Shown here piece by piece: positions 14,375 through 23,478 of a stretch of 42,076 nt of DNA (its first letter is position 1; each line of letters opens with the position of its first letter). Origin of the DNA: Candidatus Altiarchaeota archaeon (GTDB lineage: Archaea > Altiarchaeota > Altiarchaeia > IMC4 > SCGC-AAA252-I15); the NCBI GenBank assembly GCA_043800255.1, contig JAZDNF010000015.1:1-42076 (forward strand). The letters are read 5' to 3'. The position numbers and the translations under genes were made by a program. Below the pieces are notes generated by a model that saw only the letters and a list, made by a program, of their open reading frames with translations, was not told the DNA's origin and did not search any database.

Positions 14375-16417
14375 ATGCCTAAGGAGAGGATACTTGTAAC
14401 CGCTGCTCTGCCGTATGCTAACGGTCCAGTCCACGTGGGACATGCCATAGGATGCTACATCCCAGCCGACGTCTACACGAGGTACAACAGGATGGCCGGG
14501 AGGGACATACTGTACATATGCGGCACGGACGAGCATGGGACTCCCATCACGGTCACAGCAGAGCAGGAGGGCGTGACGCCGAAGGAGGTTGTCGACAAAT
14601 ACCATAAGATACAGGCTGAAGCCTTCAAGAGCATCGGCGTCGAATTCGACAACTTCAGCGGGACAGCGAGGCCCATACATTACAAAATCAGCCAGGACTT
14701 CTTCCTCAAGGCGTTAAAGAACGGTCATGTCGTCAAGAAGACGGTTGAGCGGCCGTATTGTCCGAACTGCAAGCGCTTTCTGCCTGACAGATACGTGAAG
14801 GGAGTCTGCCCCAACTGCGGCAGCCCCGACCAGAGGGGCGACGTCTGCGAGGCCTGCGGCAAACAACTGGAACCGCATGAGCTGAAGGAGGCGTACTGTA
14901 GCATATGCGGCAACCCTCCTGAAGTCAGAGAGACAACCCACTGGTTCTTCAAGCTGGGCGATTTCAGCGAAAGACTGAAGAAGTGGATAACCCAAGAGTG
15001 CAAGCACTGGCCTGCGAACGCGAGGAACTTCGCCCTGGGATGGATTAATGAGGGCCTGCAGGACAGGGCCATAACCAGGGACCTGAGCTGGGGGATTCCC
15101 CTGCCTGAAAAGGACCTGGACGGCAACCTGATAGAAGGCAGGGAGGGCAAGGTCCTCTACGTCTGGTTTGACGCTCCCATAGGTTACATCTCATCAACAA
15201 AAGAGTGGGCTGAGCGCAACAGGAAGGGGGAACTTTGGAGAGACTACTGGACTAAGCCGTCGAAGATAGTCCACTTCATAGGCAAGGACAACATACCCTT
15301 CCATACGATTATATGGCCTGCGACGCTCATGGCTGAGGGCAGTTACGCTTTGCCCTGGCAGGTCGCCTCGAACGAGTTCCTCAATTTGGAAGGCCGGAAG
15401 GTCTCAACTAGCAGGAACTGGGTGATATGGTTGCACGACATCGCCAAAGAGTTCAACCCAGACGCAGTCCGCTATTACCTGCTTTCGATAGCGCCTGAAG
15501 CGCATGACTCTGACTTCCACTTGGAAGAGTTCCAGCACAAGGTCAACGTCGAATTGATCGGGACATTCGGGAACTTCATAAACCGGACTCTCACGTTCAT
15601 AAAGCAGAAGAAAAACGGGATAATACCCAAACCAGCAGGCAAGTATGATGAGCGTGATGAGGAGCTGATGCAGGATATAAATCAGTTGTCGGAATTCATA
15701 GGAGCAGAGGCTCTCGATAAATTTGCGTTTAAGATGGGATTAGAGCGGATGATATCCCGGGCTGCGGCGGCGAATGTCTACTTCCAGGGCAAGGAGCCGT
15801 GGAAGAATGAGAACGACACCACACTGTTCCTCTGCGCCAACCTGATAAGAAGCCTCGCCATCGTCATGTACCCGTTCCTGCCCTCTTCAGCAGAGAAGGT
15901 GTGGAAGATGCTCAACCTCCCAGGCAAAGTTTCGGAGCAGAGATGGGAGGATGCCGGCAGAATGGACGAGAAGCTGGGAGGCCACAGGATAGGCGAAGTT
16001 GACGTCCTCTTCAAGAAGATAGAGGACGACCAGATCAAAGCGTTCAGGGAAGCGTACCTGCACACTAAACCAAAGAAGAAGGAGGGCAAGAAGATGATAG
16101 AATTTTCGGACTTCGAGAAGATGGACCTCAGGGTTGGGGTGGTGAAGGAGGTCGAAGACCATCCGAGCGCCGAAAAGCTCGTAGTGCTCAAGGTCGACCT
16201 CGGAGACCTTGGCGAGCGGCAGATTGTCGCCGGCATAAGGAAGGACTACGACAAGAGCAAGCTGAAGGGCAAGAACATCATAGTGGTTGCCAACCTGAAG
16301 CCTGTGAAGCTGAGGGGCATCATGTCGGAGGGGATGCTACTGGCAGCCGTGGACGACGACAAGGTCAACATCCTCACGACCGACAGGCAGTCCAAGGCAG
16401 GCGCTGAAATCAAATGA
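14375..16417 (+). CDS. metG: Methionine--tRNA ligase with C-terminal tRNA-binding OB domain
   Basis: TAALPYANGPVHVGH, GTDEHGTP, two zinc knuckles, YVWFDAPIGY, IGKDNIPFH, KVSTS, C-terminal DLRVG...SEGMLL. Confidence 0.98.
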   Translation: MPKERILVTAALPYANGPVHVGHAIGCYIPADVYTRYNRMAGRDILYICGTDEHGTPITVTAEQEGVTPKEVVDKYHKIQAEAFKSIGVEFDNFSGTARPIHYKISQDFFLKALKNGHVVKKTVERPYCPNCKRFLPDRYVKGVCPNCGSPDQRGDVCEACGKQLEPHELKEAYCSICGNPPEVRETTHWFFKLGDFSERLKKWITQECKHWPANARNFALGWINEGLQDRAITRDLSWGIPLPEKDLDGNLIEGREGKVLYVWFDAPIGYISSTKEWAERNRKGELWRDYWTKPSKIVHFIGKDNIPFHTIIWPATLMAEGSYALPWQVASNEFLNLEGRKVSTSRNWVIWLHDIAKEFNPDAVRYYLLSIAPEAHDSDFHLEEFQHKVNVELIGTFGNFINRTLTFIKQKKNGIIPKPAGKYDERDEELMQDINQLSEFIGAEALDKFAFKMGLERMISRAAAANVYFQGKEPWKNENDTTLFLCANLIRSLAIVMYPFLPSSAEKVWKMLNLPGKVSEQRWEDAGRMDEKLGGHRIGEVDVLFKKIEDDQIKAFREAYLHTKPKKKEGKKMIEFSDFEKMDLRVGVVKEVEDHPSAEKLVVLKVDLGDLGERQIVAGIRKDYDKSKLKGKNIIVVANLKPVKLRGIMSEGMLLAAVDDDKVNILTTDRQSKAGAEIK

Positions 16418-16854
16418 TGAAAGCCCACAACATAAGGGTCAGGGCGTTCTCCCCATCTGCCGAGGTTGAGGATACGCGGAAGTCCCTTCTGAAGATTCTT
16501 CCGGAGGATGCCAGGATAGAAGTCCAGCAGCTTGAGGCGGAGCTGGATGGCGGCGTTTTCAAGGAGCCTCTGACGGTTCTCACCTCTCTCATGGATAAGG
16601 AGTCAATGATGTCGGAATTTTTAAAAATGTTAAGGGAGACATTAGATGCTGAAGACTTAAACCAGTTAAGGCAGACGCTCGACCAGAGGGTTGACGGCAG
16701 CTGCAACTTTTACATACGGTTGAGCAAGGCCTCCGCAGCGGAGAGAAGGTTCAAGCTGGAGGATGAGGACGCAATACATGTGAAAATAAAGGCGAAATGC
16801 TTTCCCGCAGACCGTGAGAAGGCAATCGAGATGATTAGAGAATGGCTGGTTTAG
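16414..16854 (+). CDS. Archaeal RNA-binding domain protein (DUF54/PAB1135-like)
   Basis: E...K.L..I.P, RVD...FYIRLSK, DAIHVKIK..FPA.REKA; adjacent to rnp3 as commonly seen. Confidence 0.75.
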   Translation: MMKAHNIRVRAFSPSAEVEDTRKSLLKILPEDARIEVQQLEAELDGGVFKEPLTVLTSLMDKESMMSEFLKMLRETLDAEDLNQLRQTLDQRVDGSCNFYIRLSKASAAERRFKLEDEDAIHVKIKAKCFPADREKAIEMIREWLV

Positions 16855-17552
16855 GCAAAGTGCGCGGATACTATGACCTGCACCTTGAGGGTGCGGGAGC
16901 ATCCAAATACCTTCAGATGCTGGGCTGGGACGGCGGAGTCCTCTGCGTTGACTGCAAGCATGGCCAGAGGAGACCAGAAGCTAAAGGGCTTCTAACGGCA
17001 GCCTGCATTGGAGGCGACTTTCAGAAGAATGCCAGAACCGCGTTAGACTCGTTTGATTTGGTTTACGCCAAACCTGATAATGACAAGGCTCTTAGAGAAG
17101 CGTGCGAGTGCTGGGAGGTTGACATGATACTGCATGCGTCAGGCAGCCTGAAGCTTGACAGTGCGATGGCGAAGCTGGCGGCTGAGCGGGAAATCGCGTT
17201 CGAGATAAACCTGTCTGTTGTATTGGAGGCTTACGGCGTCAGGAGGTCGTCCATATTGAATGCGCTGCACGGGAACCTGATCCTTGCCAGAAAGTATGGG
17301 ATGCCGGTAGTGCTATCCTCAGGCGCTAGAGGCGAATTTGAGGCTAGGTCGCCGAAGGATATGGTATCCTTTGCAGTGCTTCTGGGCCTGCCGAAGGATG
17401 AGGCTGTAAGGTCGGTCTCCGATAACCCTATGGAGCTTGTCAGCAGGGCGGCGAGGAGGGCTGACCCCAACGTCCTGTTGGGAGGGTTGAGGGTGGTCTC
17501 GTGGGGTCAGACTACTCCGACATGCCCTAAACGAAAGTGGGGTTGGTATTAG
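16842..17552 (+). CDS. rnp3: Ribonuclease P protein subunit Rpp30
   Basis: YYDLH, REACE..VD, AKLAAE.EIAFEIN, KYGMPVVLSSGA, RSPKDM. Confidence 0.9.
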   Translation: MAGLGKVRGYYDLHLEGAGASKYLQMLGWDGGVLCVDCKHGQRRPEAKGLLTAACIGGDFQKNARTALDSFDLVYAKPDNDKALREACECWEVDMILHASGSLKLDSAMAKLAAEREIAFEINLSVVLEAYGVRRSSILNALHGNLILARKYGMPVVLSSGARGEFEARSPKDMVSFAVLLGLPKDEAVRSVSDNPMELVSRAARRADPNVLLGGLRVVSWGQTTPTCPKRKWGWY

Positions 17553-17690
17553 CTATCGAACTATGTGATAGCGATCATAGGGCATATCAGGGTATATCAG
17601 CCCCATCTTCTTCTTGGCTTTAAGCGAACGGTAACCTAAAGCCAACAATGTGGCTGCTGCGGCCAACATAATCGAGGTTGTTTCAGCCAT
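17553..17690 (-). CDS. Small membrane-anchored protein, 45 aa (hypothetical, not in ORF track)
   Basis: MAETTSIMLAAAATLLALGYRSLKAKKKMGLIYPDMPYDRYHIVR*. SD-like GGTGAGGGTGG just upstream; the stop abuts the rnp3 stop. Confidence 0.6.
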   Translation of the reverse strand: MAETTSIMLAAAATLLALGYRSLKAKKKMGLIYPDMPYDRYHIVR

Positions 17691-17770
17691 TTTCCACCCT
17701 CACCCGATATGTTATTGTCAGTCCCATGTTATAAGGAAAGGGTAAAAACAGTGTTAAAACAGTGTTAATA

Positions 17771-18568
17771 CTAATCTAGGACGTCTTTCATACTGTAAAC
17801 GCCCTTCTTCTTCTGAACGAACCTGGCAGACCTGATGACTCCCTCAACGAAGGCGTCTCTGGAGTGTGCCCGGTGGGTTAACTCCACCCTCTCGCCAAGG
17901 GTGCTGAAGATTACAGTATGCTCTCCGACGATATCGCCAGCCCTGATAGCATGTATCGCAATCTCGCCCTCCCTCCTGGGGGACAATCCCTTCCGCCCGT
18001 ACACTATCACGTCATCCGGGTTCTTTCCCTGCTCTTCTGCAATCAGCTGCGCGGTCTTAAGGGCCGTTCCAGAAGGTGCGTCCTTCTTGAACCTGTGGTG
18101 GGCTTCGATGATTTCGATATCATAGCCTTTCAGCCTCCTAGCTGCTTCCTTTGCGAGCTCCCAGAATATGTTAACCCCGACTGACATGTTAGGGCTTAAG
18201 ACAGCCCCTATGCCGCCTTTTTTAATGGCATCCAGCAGTTCCCTCTCCTGCTCTGGTTTGAATCCGGTGGTTCCTATGACCATGTTTATGCCAGCTTTCG
18301 CGACAACTTTTGTGTTAGCGAGGCAGCCATCAGCTGAGCTGAAATCGATGACGACGTCAGGTTTTGACTGCTTTAAGGTCTCAGCTAACCTGTCAGAGCC
18401 CGAGATTACGGTTCCAAGCGATTCCGCTCCTGACACTAGGCCTGCATCCTTGCCGGCGAGTGGGCTTTTGGGCGCGTCGACCGCTGCAACAAGGTTCATA
18501 CTCTCTTGCGCGACCCTCCTCACTATGGCCTTCCCCATCTTCCCCATGCCTATGACAGCGACTTTCAT
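17771..18568 (-). CDS. dapB: 4-hydroxy-tetrahydrodipicolinate reductase
   Basis: MKVAVIGMGKMG, VIDFS, VIGTTG, PNMSVGVN, EAHHRFKKDAPSGTA, GDIVGEHTV. True start 18568, not 18739. Confidence 0.96.
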   Translation of the reverse strand: MKVAVIGMGKMGKAIVRRVAQESMNLVAAVDAPKSPLAGKDAGLVSGAESLGTVISGSDRLAETLKQSKPDVVIDFSSADGCLANTKVVAKAGINMVIGTTGFKPEQERELLDAIKKGGIGAVLSPNMSVGVNIFWELAKEAARRLKGYDIEIIEAHHRFKKDAPSGTALKTAQLIAEEQGKNPDDVIVYGRKGLSPRREGEIAIHAIRAGDIVGEHTVIFSTLGERVELTHRAHSRDAFVEGVIRSARFVQKKKGVYSMKDVLD

Positions 18569-18628
18569 GTTACAATAATCTCCCTTATAACTAAAAAGCC
18601 TTATATTATCTATTACAAAATAATTGAC

Positions 18629-19009
18629 ATGGACGTTCAGATAATAGCGGGCTCGAAGTCTGACCAGAATATTGTCGAAAAGGTCGAGTCGGTTCTCAAG
18701 GGCAGGGTAGATTATGGCGTGGAATACTGTTCCTTCCACAGAGAGCCTGAAAGGCTGGACGGCATAGTCAAGAAATCGAAGGCGAAGTTATTCGTCTGCA
18801 TTGCCGGGCTTTCCGCCGCACTCCCAGGAGCTGTGGCAGCAATGACTGACAAGCCTGTCATAGGGGTTCCAGTGTCAGCCAAGCTCGGCGGCGTCGACGC
18901 CCTGCTCTCGATAGCCCAGATGCCTAGGGGCGTTCCGGTAGCGTGCGTCGGCATAGACAGCGGCGAGAATGCAGGCCTCCTGGCTTTGAGGATACTCGGC
19001 AAAAAATAG
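18629..19009 (+). CDS. purE: PurE (N5-CAIR mutase / AIR carboxylase), short form
   Basis: IIAGSKSD, SFHREP, AGLSAALPG, PVIGVP, DALLS..QMP.GVPVA. Start ATG 18629. Confidence 0.93.
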   Translation: MDVQIIAGSKSDQNIVEKVESVLKGRVDYGVEYCSFHREPERLDGIVKKSKAKLFVCIAGLSAALPGAVAAMTDKPVIGVPVSAKLGGVDALLSIAQMPRGVPVACVGIDSGENAGLLALRILGKK

Positions 19010-19095
19010 GCGAAGCGGCCCTATTATGCGCTTTTATACGCTCTTTTTCAATAAATTAGCGTTTATTCTATCAAACGTTGAGGTGATGTTGTAAA

Positions 19096-19362
19096 ATGGC
19101 TAAAGAAGTAAGGCACTTTGTTCTGCAGGAAAACGGTCAAGACACTGAGCATGTTTTTACTGGCAAACAGCCCAGGCAGGCCGCGCTTAAGGCTGCCACA
19201 CGCGGTTTCACTGACATCCAACTGAGGGAACGCGGCAGAAAGAAGATTCATCTGTTCACAGGCTCTGTTGAGGAGGTCGCCGCCCCGGCGAACAGGCCGA
19301 GCTGGCTGCCGGCAAGAGTCAAGAAGGCTAAAGTCGAGAAACTGGGAATAAAAAAGCTATAG
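19096..19362 (+). CDS. Non-histone chromosomal protein MC1
   Basis: RHFVL...EHVFTGKQPRQAALKAATRG...LRERG.KKIH.F.G...PSWLP; SD GAGGTGA upstream. Confidence 0.93.
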   Translation: MAKEVRHFVLQENGQDTEHVFTGKQPRQAALKAATRGFTDIQLRERGRKKIHLFTGSVEEVAAPANRPSWLPARVKKAKVEKLGIKKL

Positions 19363-19400
19363 GGCTTAGATGTGGTTGGGCTCCTCCAACCACTACAATC

Positions 19401-19841
19401 TTATTTTTTAGTCATAACCTCAGTTTTAGTGTGAATGTTCAGGATTATCATCACCACTACGGTTGTAGCGACTGCCATAACATACTGTTCGGTTCCTATG
19501 GCCATGCCTATCGCAGCCGAAACCCACATGTCCGCAGCTGTCGTTATCCCATGAATCGTGTATTCACCTTCGCCTCCCCTCCATATGACCCCCGCTCCCA
19601 GGAAGCCTATGCCTGTCACTATCTGAGCTGCTATCCTGGCGGTGTCGTCTGTTTTGAAGGCGGAGAGGGATAGCATGGTGAACACGCAGGCGCCTAAACA
19701 TATCAGTGAGAAGGTTCTGATGCCTGCCGTCTTGCCCCTTCTCTTCCTCTCGAATCCCATCAGAAGTCCTATGAGAGCTGAGAGGATTATGTTGAATATT
19801 ATCAGCAGGTTCTCTCCCACTGAAAGCACAAGGTCTGTCAT
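19401..19841 (-). CDS. MgtC/SapB family membrane protein
   Basis: GFER...AGIRTF.L, RIAAQIVTGIGFLGAG, GITTAA..W..AAIGMAIG. Confidence 0.93.
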   Translation of the reverse strand: MTDLVLSVGENLLIIFNIILSALIGLLMGFERKRRGKTAGIRTFSLICLGACVFTMLSLSAFKTDDTARIAAQIVTGIGFLGAGVIWRGGEGEYTIHGITTAADMWVSAAIGMAIGTEQYVMAVATTVVVMIILNIHTKTEVMTKK

Positions 19842-19911
19842 CTTTGATATACTTATTCAATATCAGTTTTAAAATAGAAACAAAACCTCCTGATAAGAGA
19901 GTCTAGCGTGC

Positions 19912-20322
19912 CTATCTGAACAGGTCCTGCAGCCTTGAGAAGAACTCCACGTGCGGTTTGCTCTTCAGGGAGAGCATGTTGTACAATCCTACGACGAGGA
20001 AAACGTCGCCTATCGTGGATATCAGATGATACATGTCCGCCACGTTCATGAAACTGTACGTGCTGGAAACATACAGGAAGTTGGCCAAAACGTAGAATGA
20101 CATGGCTATTGCGACTATCTTAAGCGAGGGCCCCAGTCCCGTCTCGCCCAAAAAGCTCCACAGTTTTACTAGCAGGATGAAGGCGAACAATTCAAGCAGC
20201 AACGATACTGCGTCCAAAAACGCTATCCCCTTGGCTGAGAAGACCGCCATCTTCTCCGCCGCTGCTGTCGACGTTAGAGCTATTATCATGATTGCCAACG
20301 TCAAATAAGCCTTTGATTCCAT
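19912..20322 (-). CDS. Hypothetical multi-pass membrane protein
   Basis: Signal-like N-terminus and three further hydrophobic helices. Confidence 0.7.
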   Translation of the reverse strand: MESKAYLTLAIMIIALTSTAAAEKMAVFSAKGIAFLDAVSLLLELFAFILLVKLWSFLGETGLGPSLKIVAIAMSFYVLANFLYVSSTYSFMNVADMYHLISTIGDVFLVVGLYNMLSLKSKPHVEFFSRLQDLFR

Positions 20323-20349
20323 ATCACTTAACTATGTTATCCTAGGTTG

Positions 20350-21078
20350 TTATCCTTTTCCTTTTTTTATCTTCTCTTCCAGGATGTCTCCGTATCTTTC
20401 TATCACACGGAGTATCTCGACAGGGATTGCATACACTACTGTCTCGGATTTGTCTGAGGATAGGTCGTTTATCGTGTGCAGCGTCCTCAAATGCAATGCG
20501 CCTGGGGCTGCGTACAGCGTCTTGGCTGCCTTCACGAGGTTATCTGAGGCCTCAACCTCTCCTTCAGCCTTTATGATGACTGCCCGTTTCTCCCTCTCCG
20601 CTTCCGCCTGCCTTGCCATCACCCTCTTCATGGTATCTGGGAGTTCGATGTCCTGCAGTTCTATCGCAGTCACGTCTATCCCCCAGGGGTCTGTGGCGAC
20701 GTCTACTATTTCCCTGAGTCTTTCAGCTATCTCCTGCCTCTCTGAGAGCAGCTGGTCTAAGGTTGCCTCCCCCGCGACGTTCCTTAGTGATGTCTGCCCA
20801 TACTTTGAGACAGCGTAGACGTAGTCCACGACGTTGAGTATGGCTTTCTTCGGGTCCTGGACCCTGAAGTAGATGACCGCGTTTATGTTCACTGGGACGT
20901 TGTCTTTTGTCATGACCTCCTGTTTGGGGATGTCGACTGTCTTGATTCTCATGTCCACTTTGACAAGCCTGTTGTAGAGGGGTATGAACATGTGCATTCC
21001 AGGCTCCCACAATCCCAGGTATTTTCCGAAGCCGAAGAGGACGCCTCTCTCATACTGGTCTACTATCCTTATGATCAT
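20350..21078 (-). CDS. SPFH/stomatin-like (slipin) protein lacking N-terminal membrane segment
   Basis: YERGV, QEVMTKDNV, QTSLRNV.G, DPWGI, RQAEAEREKRA; SD GGAGGTG upstream. Confidence 0.92.
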   Translation of the reverse strand: MIIRIVDQYERGVLFGFGKYLGLWEPGMHMFIPLYNRLVKVDMRIKTVDIPKQEVMTKDNVPVNINAVIYFRVQDPKKAILNVVDYVYAVSKYGQTSLRNVAGEATLDQLLSERQEIAERLREIVDVATDPWGIDVTAIELQDIELPDTMKRVMARQAEAEREKRAVIIKAEGEVEASDNLVKAAKTLYAAPGALHLRTLHTINDLSSDKSETVVYAIPVEILRVIERYGDILEEKIKKGKG

Positions 21079-21079
21079 C

Positions 21080-21850
21080 TCAGTCCACCTCCTCCAGCCC
21101 CCTGAGGACTTCGAGTGGGACTACGAAGACAATCTTGTTACTCTGGTCTGAGGATATGTCATTCAACGATTCCAGTGTCCTGAGGTGGAGCGCTCCTTTG
21201 GTGCTGGAAAGCTTTTCAGCTGCTTTCGCGATGTTCTTTGAGGCTGCGACCTCTCCTTCAGCTTTTATGATGACTGCCCGTTTCTCCCTCTCTGCTTCCG
21301 CCTGCTTGGCCATGACGCGTTTCATCTCGAGGGGGAGCTCGATGTCCTGGAGTTCTATTGCATCCACCTTCAGGCCCCAGGGGTCTGTGGCGACGTCCAC
21401 TATGTTCCTGAGTTTTTCTGCTATCTCCTGCCGTTCTGAGAGCAGCTGGTCAAGTGTTGCTTCTCCTGCGACGTTCCTGAGCGATGTCTGCCCGTACTTT
21501 GACACCGCATAGTAGAAGTCTTCCACGTTCAACACTGCCTTGTCAGGGTCGCTCACCTTGAAGTAGATGACAGCGTTTATCATGACTGGGACGTTGTCTT
21601 TTGTCATGACCTCCTGTTTGGGGATCTCAACAGTCGTTATACGCTTGTCTATTATGGCAAGCCGTTGCACGAACGGTATTATGAAGTTGAGGCCTGGCTT
21701 CCTGAGGCCGGCGTATCTCCCCAGGGTGAAGAGGACGCCCCTCTCGTATTCGCTTATTACCTTGAAGAACATCGACAGTATCACCAGCCCGAAAATCCAG
21801 AACGGTATGGTCGCGAACACGAACGAGATGAAAGCGCCTATAAAACCCAT
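21080..21850 (-). CDS. SPFH/stomatin-like (slipin) protein with N-terminal hydrophobic segment
   Basis: Same motifs as its neighbour plus a hydrophobic N-terminus. Likely start ATG 21850 after an SD-like AGGTGG. Confidence 0.92.
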   Translation of the reverse strand: MGFIGAFISFVFATIPFWIFGLVILSMFFKVISEYERGVLFTLGRYAGLRKPGLNFIIPFVQRLAIIDKRITTVEIPKQEVMTKDNVPVMINAVIYFKVSDPDKAVLNVEDFYYAVSKYGQTSLRNVAGEATLDQLLSERQEIAEKLRNIVDVATDPWGLKVDAIELQDIELPLEMKRVMAKQAEAEREKRAVIIKAEGEVAASKNIAKAAEKLSSTKGALHLRTLESLNDISSDQSNKIVFVVPLEVLRGLEEVD

Positions 21851-21948
21851 CCAAAACCACCTGATATAGTATGATATTATGCGAATAAAAATGTTCTCAT
21901 AGAAGCTGAACAATGTTTTTATAGTCGTGTTGTGTATTAATTAATACA

Positions 21949-22458
21949 ATGGCAGTAAAGGAGAAGGAAAAGCCCGAGGAGGGCATGACGCGGCGCGATT
22001 TTGTTAAGAATCTCGGAAAGAAAGCTGCTATCGTCGGTGCTGCTGCAACATTGCCTGCAGTCCTAGAGGCGTGCGGTCCAAAATCGGCTACAGGGCACTA
22101 TACCGAGGATGGACTTATAATAGACTTGATGGGTACGATTGTGCCTGGCAGCATAAAATTTGAGACGACAAGGGGAGATAAGGTTGCAGGCGGCCTTTTC
22201 TCTGCAGATGTCGCGGGCATCGAGCGGTCAACGCTTAACTTTAAGCTTGCTAGTCCATATTTCGAGGGAGAACGGGTGATTGGCGTGCTTAACCCTAATG
22301 GAACCTATGAGGACGGACTTCGTGCTCTGAACGAAGTGATTAAGGATGGGGATACAATAGCACTTATCTCATTCATGTCGGGTAAAATTATCTCCGAGAA
22401 AAATAATCCTCAGATGATTTATTTAGAGCAGATAAGAGTCAATCCTGAGATAAAATAG
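21949..22458 (+). CDS. Putative Tat-exported lipoprotein, unknown function
   Basis: TRRDFVK twin-arginine motif, hydrophobic stretch, lipobox LEAC. Confidence 0.75.
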   Translation: MAVKEKEKPEEGMTRRDFVKNLGKKAAIVGAAATLPAVLEACGPKSATGHYTEDGLIIDLMGTIVPGSIKFETTRGDKVAGGLFSADVAGIERSTLNFKLASPYFEGERVIGVLNPNGTYEDGLRALNEVIKDGDTIALISFMSGKIISEKNNPQMIYLEQIRVNPEIK

Positions 22459-22461
22459 GGA

Positions 22462-23478
22462 TTATTTTCTTTGAGTGTATGCTATCAGTTCGTCGAGTTT
22501 CTTTTTTGCTTTTCCGGTGTCGATTGATTCTTTGGCGGTTTCTATTCCCTCTTTGATTGTGTCCGCCTTCTGGCCTACGACGATGCCTGCTGCTGAATTG
22601 AGGAGGACTATGTCCCTCTTCGGGCCCTTCTCGGTTCCTTCTAGTATGTTTTTCAGTATGAGCGCGTTGGCCTTCCTGTCGCCTCCTGCCAGGTCTGAGT
22701 GTTTGGCTTTCTTGAGGCCGACTTTTTCTGGAGTTAGGTAGTAGGTTTTGATTTCGCCGTCCCTCAGCTCCGCCACCCTCGTCTTTCCCAAGGTTGAGAA
22801 CTCATCCAAGCCGTCAATCCCATGGACGACGTATGCCCTGTCGAGGCCGACAAGATTCAGCACGTTAGCCAACTTCTCAGTCAGCTTCTCATCGAACACG
22901 CCGACAACCTGCCCCTTCGCATTAGCAGGATTAGTCAGCGGCCCCAGAACGTTAAAGATGGTCCTCACGCCCAATTGTTTTCTGGCCGGCATGACGTACT
23001 TCATCGCCTTATGAAATACTGGCGCGAACATGAAACCGACGCCGACCTTCTCGATGCACTTTTCGACCTTCTTCGGCTCAAGGTCGACTTTGACTCCCAA
23101 TTCCTCAAGCACGTCGGCGCTGCCGCATTGGCTGCTGACCGACCTGTTGCCGTGCTTTGCGACAGGAACTCCTGCGCCGGCGACGACGAACATGGAAGCC
23201 GTTGAAACGTTGAATGTTTTCAGCAGGTCGCCGCCTGTGCCGCAGGTGTCAACCAGCGTTCCCCTGACTTTGGGATGTATACTCTCGGCAAACTCGCGCA
23301 TCACCTTCACCATCGATGCTATCTCATCCGGGGTCTCGCCCTTGCACCTCAAAGCTATAAGAAAGCCTGCTATCTGGACGTCGGAGGCGTTGCCTGACAT
23401 GATAGTGTGCATCGCCTCAGCAGCCTCGTCTGGTGTCAGGTTTTGCCCGTCCAACAGCTTCTGGGTGAACTCTCTCAT
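22462..23478 (-). CDS. trpD: Anthranilate phosphoribosyltransferase
   Basis: DTCGTGGD..TFNVST, KHGNRSVSS..GSADVLE, FHKAM, RTIFNVLGPLTNP, GLDE. Confidence 0.97.
   Translation of the reverse strand: MREFTQKLLDGQNLTPDEAAEAMHTIMSGNASDVQIAGFLIALRCKGETPDEIASMVKVMREFAESIHPKVRGTLVDTCGTGGDLLKTFNVSTASMFVVAGAGVPVAKHGNRSVSSQCGSADVLEELGVKVDLEPKKVEKCIEKVGVGFMFAPVFHKAMKYVMPARKQLGVRTIFNVLGPLTNPANAKGQVVGVFDEKLTEKLANVLNLVGLDRAYVVHGIDGLDEFSTLGKTRVAELRDGEIKTYYLTPEKVGLKKAKHSDLAGGDRKANALILKNILEGTEKGPKRDIVLLNSAAGIVVGQKADTIKEGIETAKESIDTGKAKKKLDELIAYTQRK

Noticed and set aside
18506-18739. Apparent head-to-head overlap of dapB and purE
   Set aside because: An artefact of longest-ORF starts; the motif-supported starts are 18568 and 18629, leaving an AT-rich divergent promoter.
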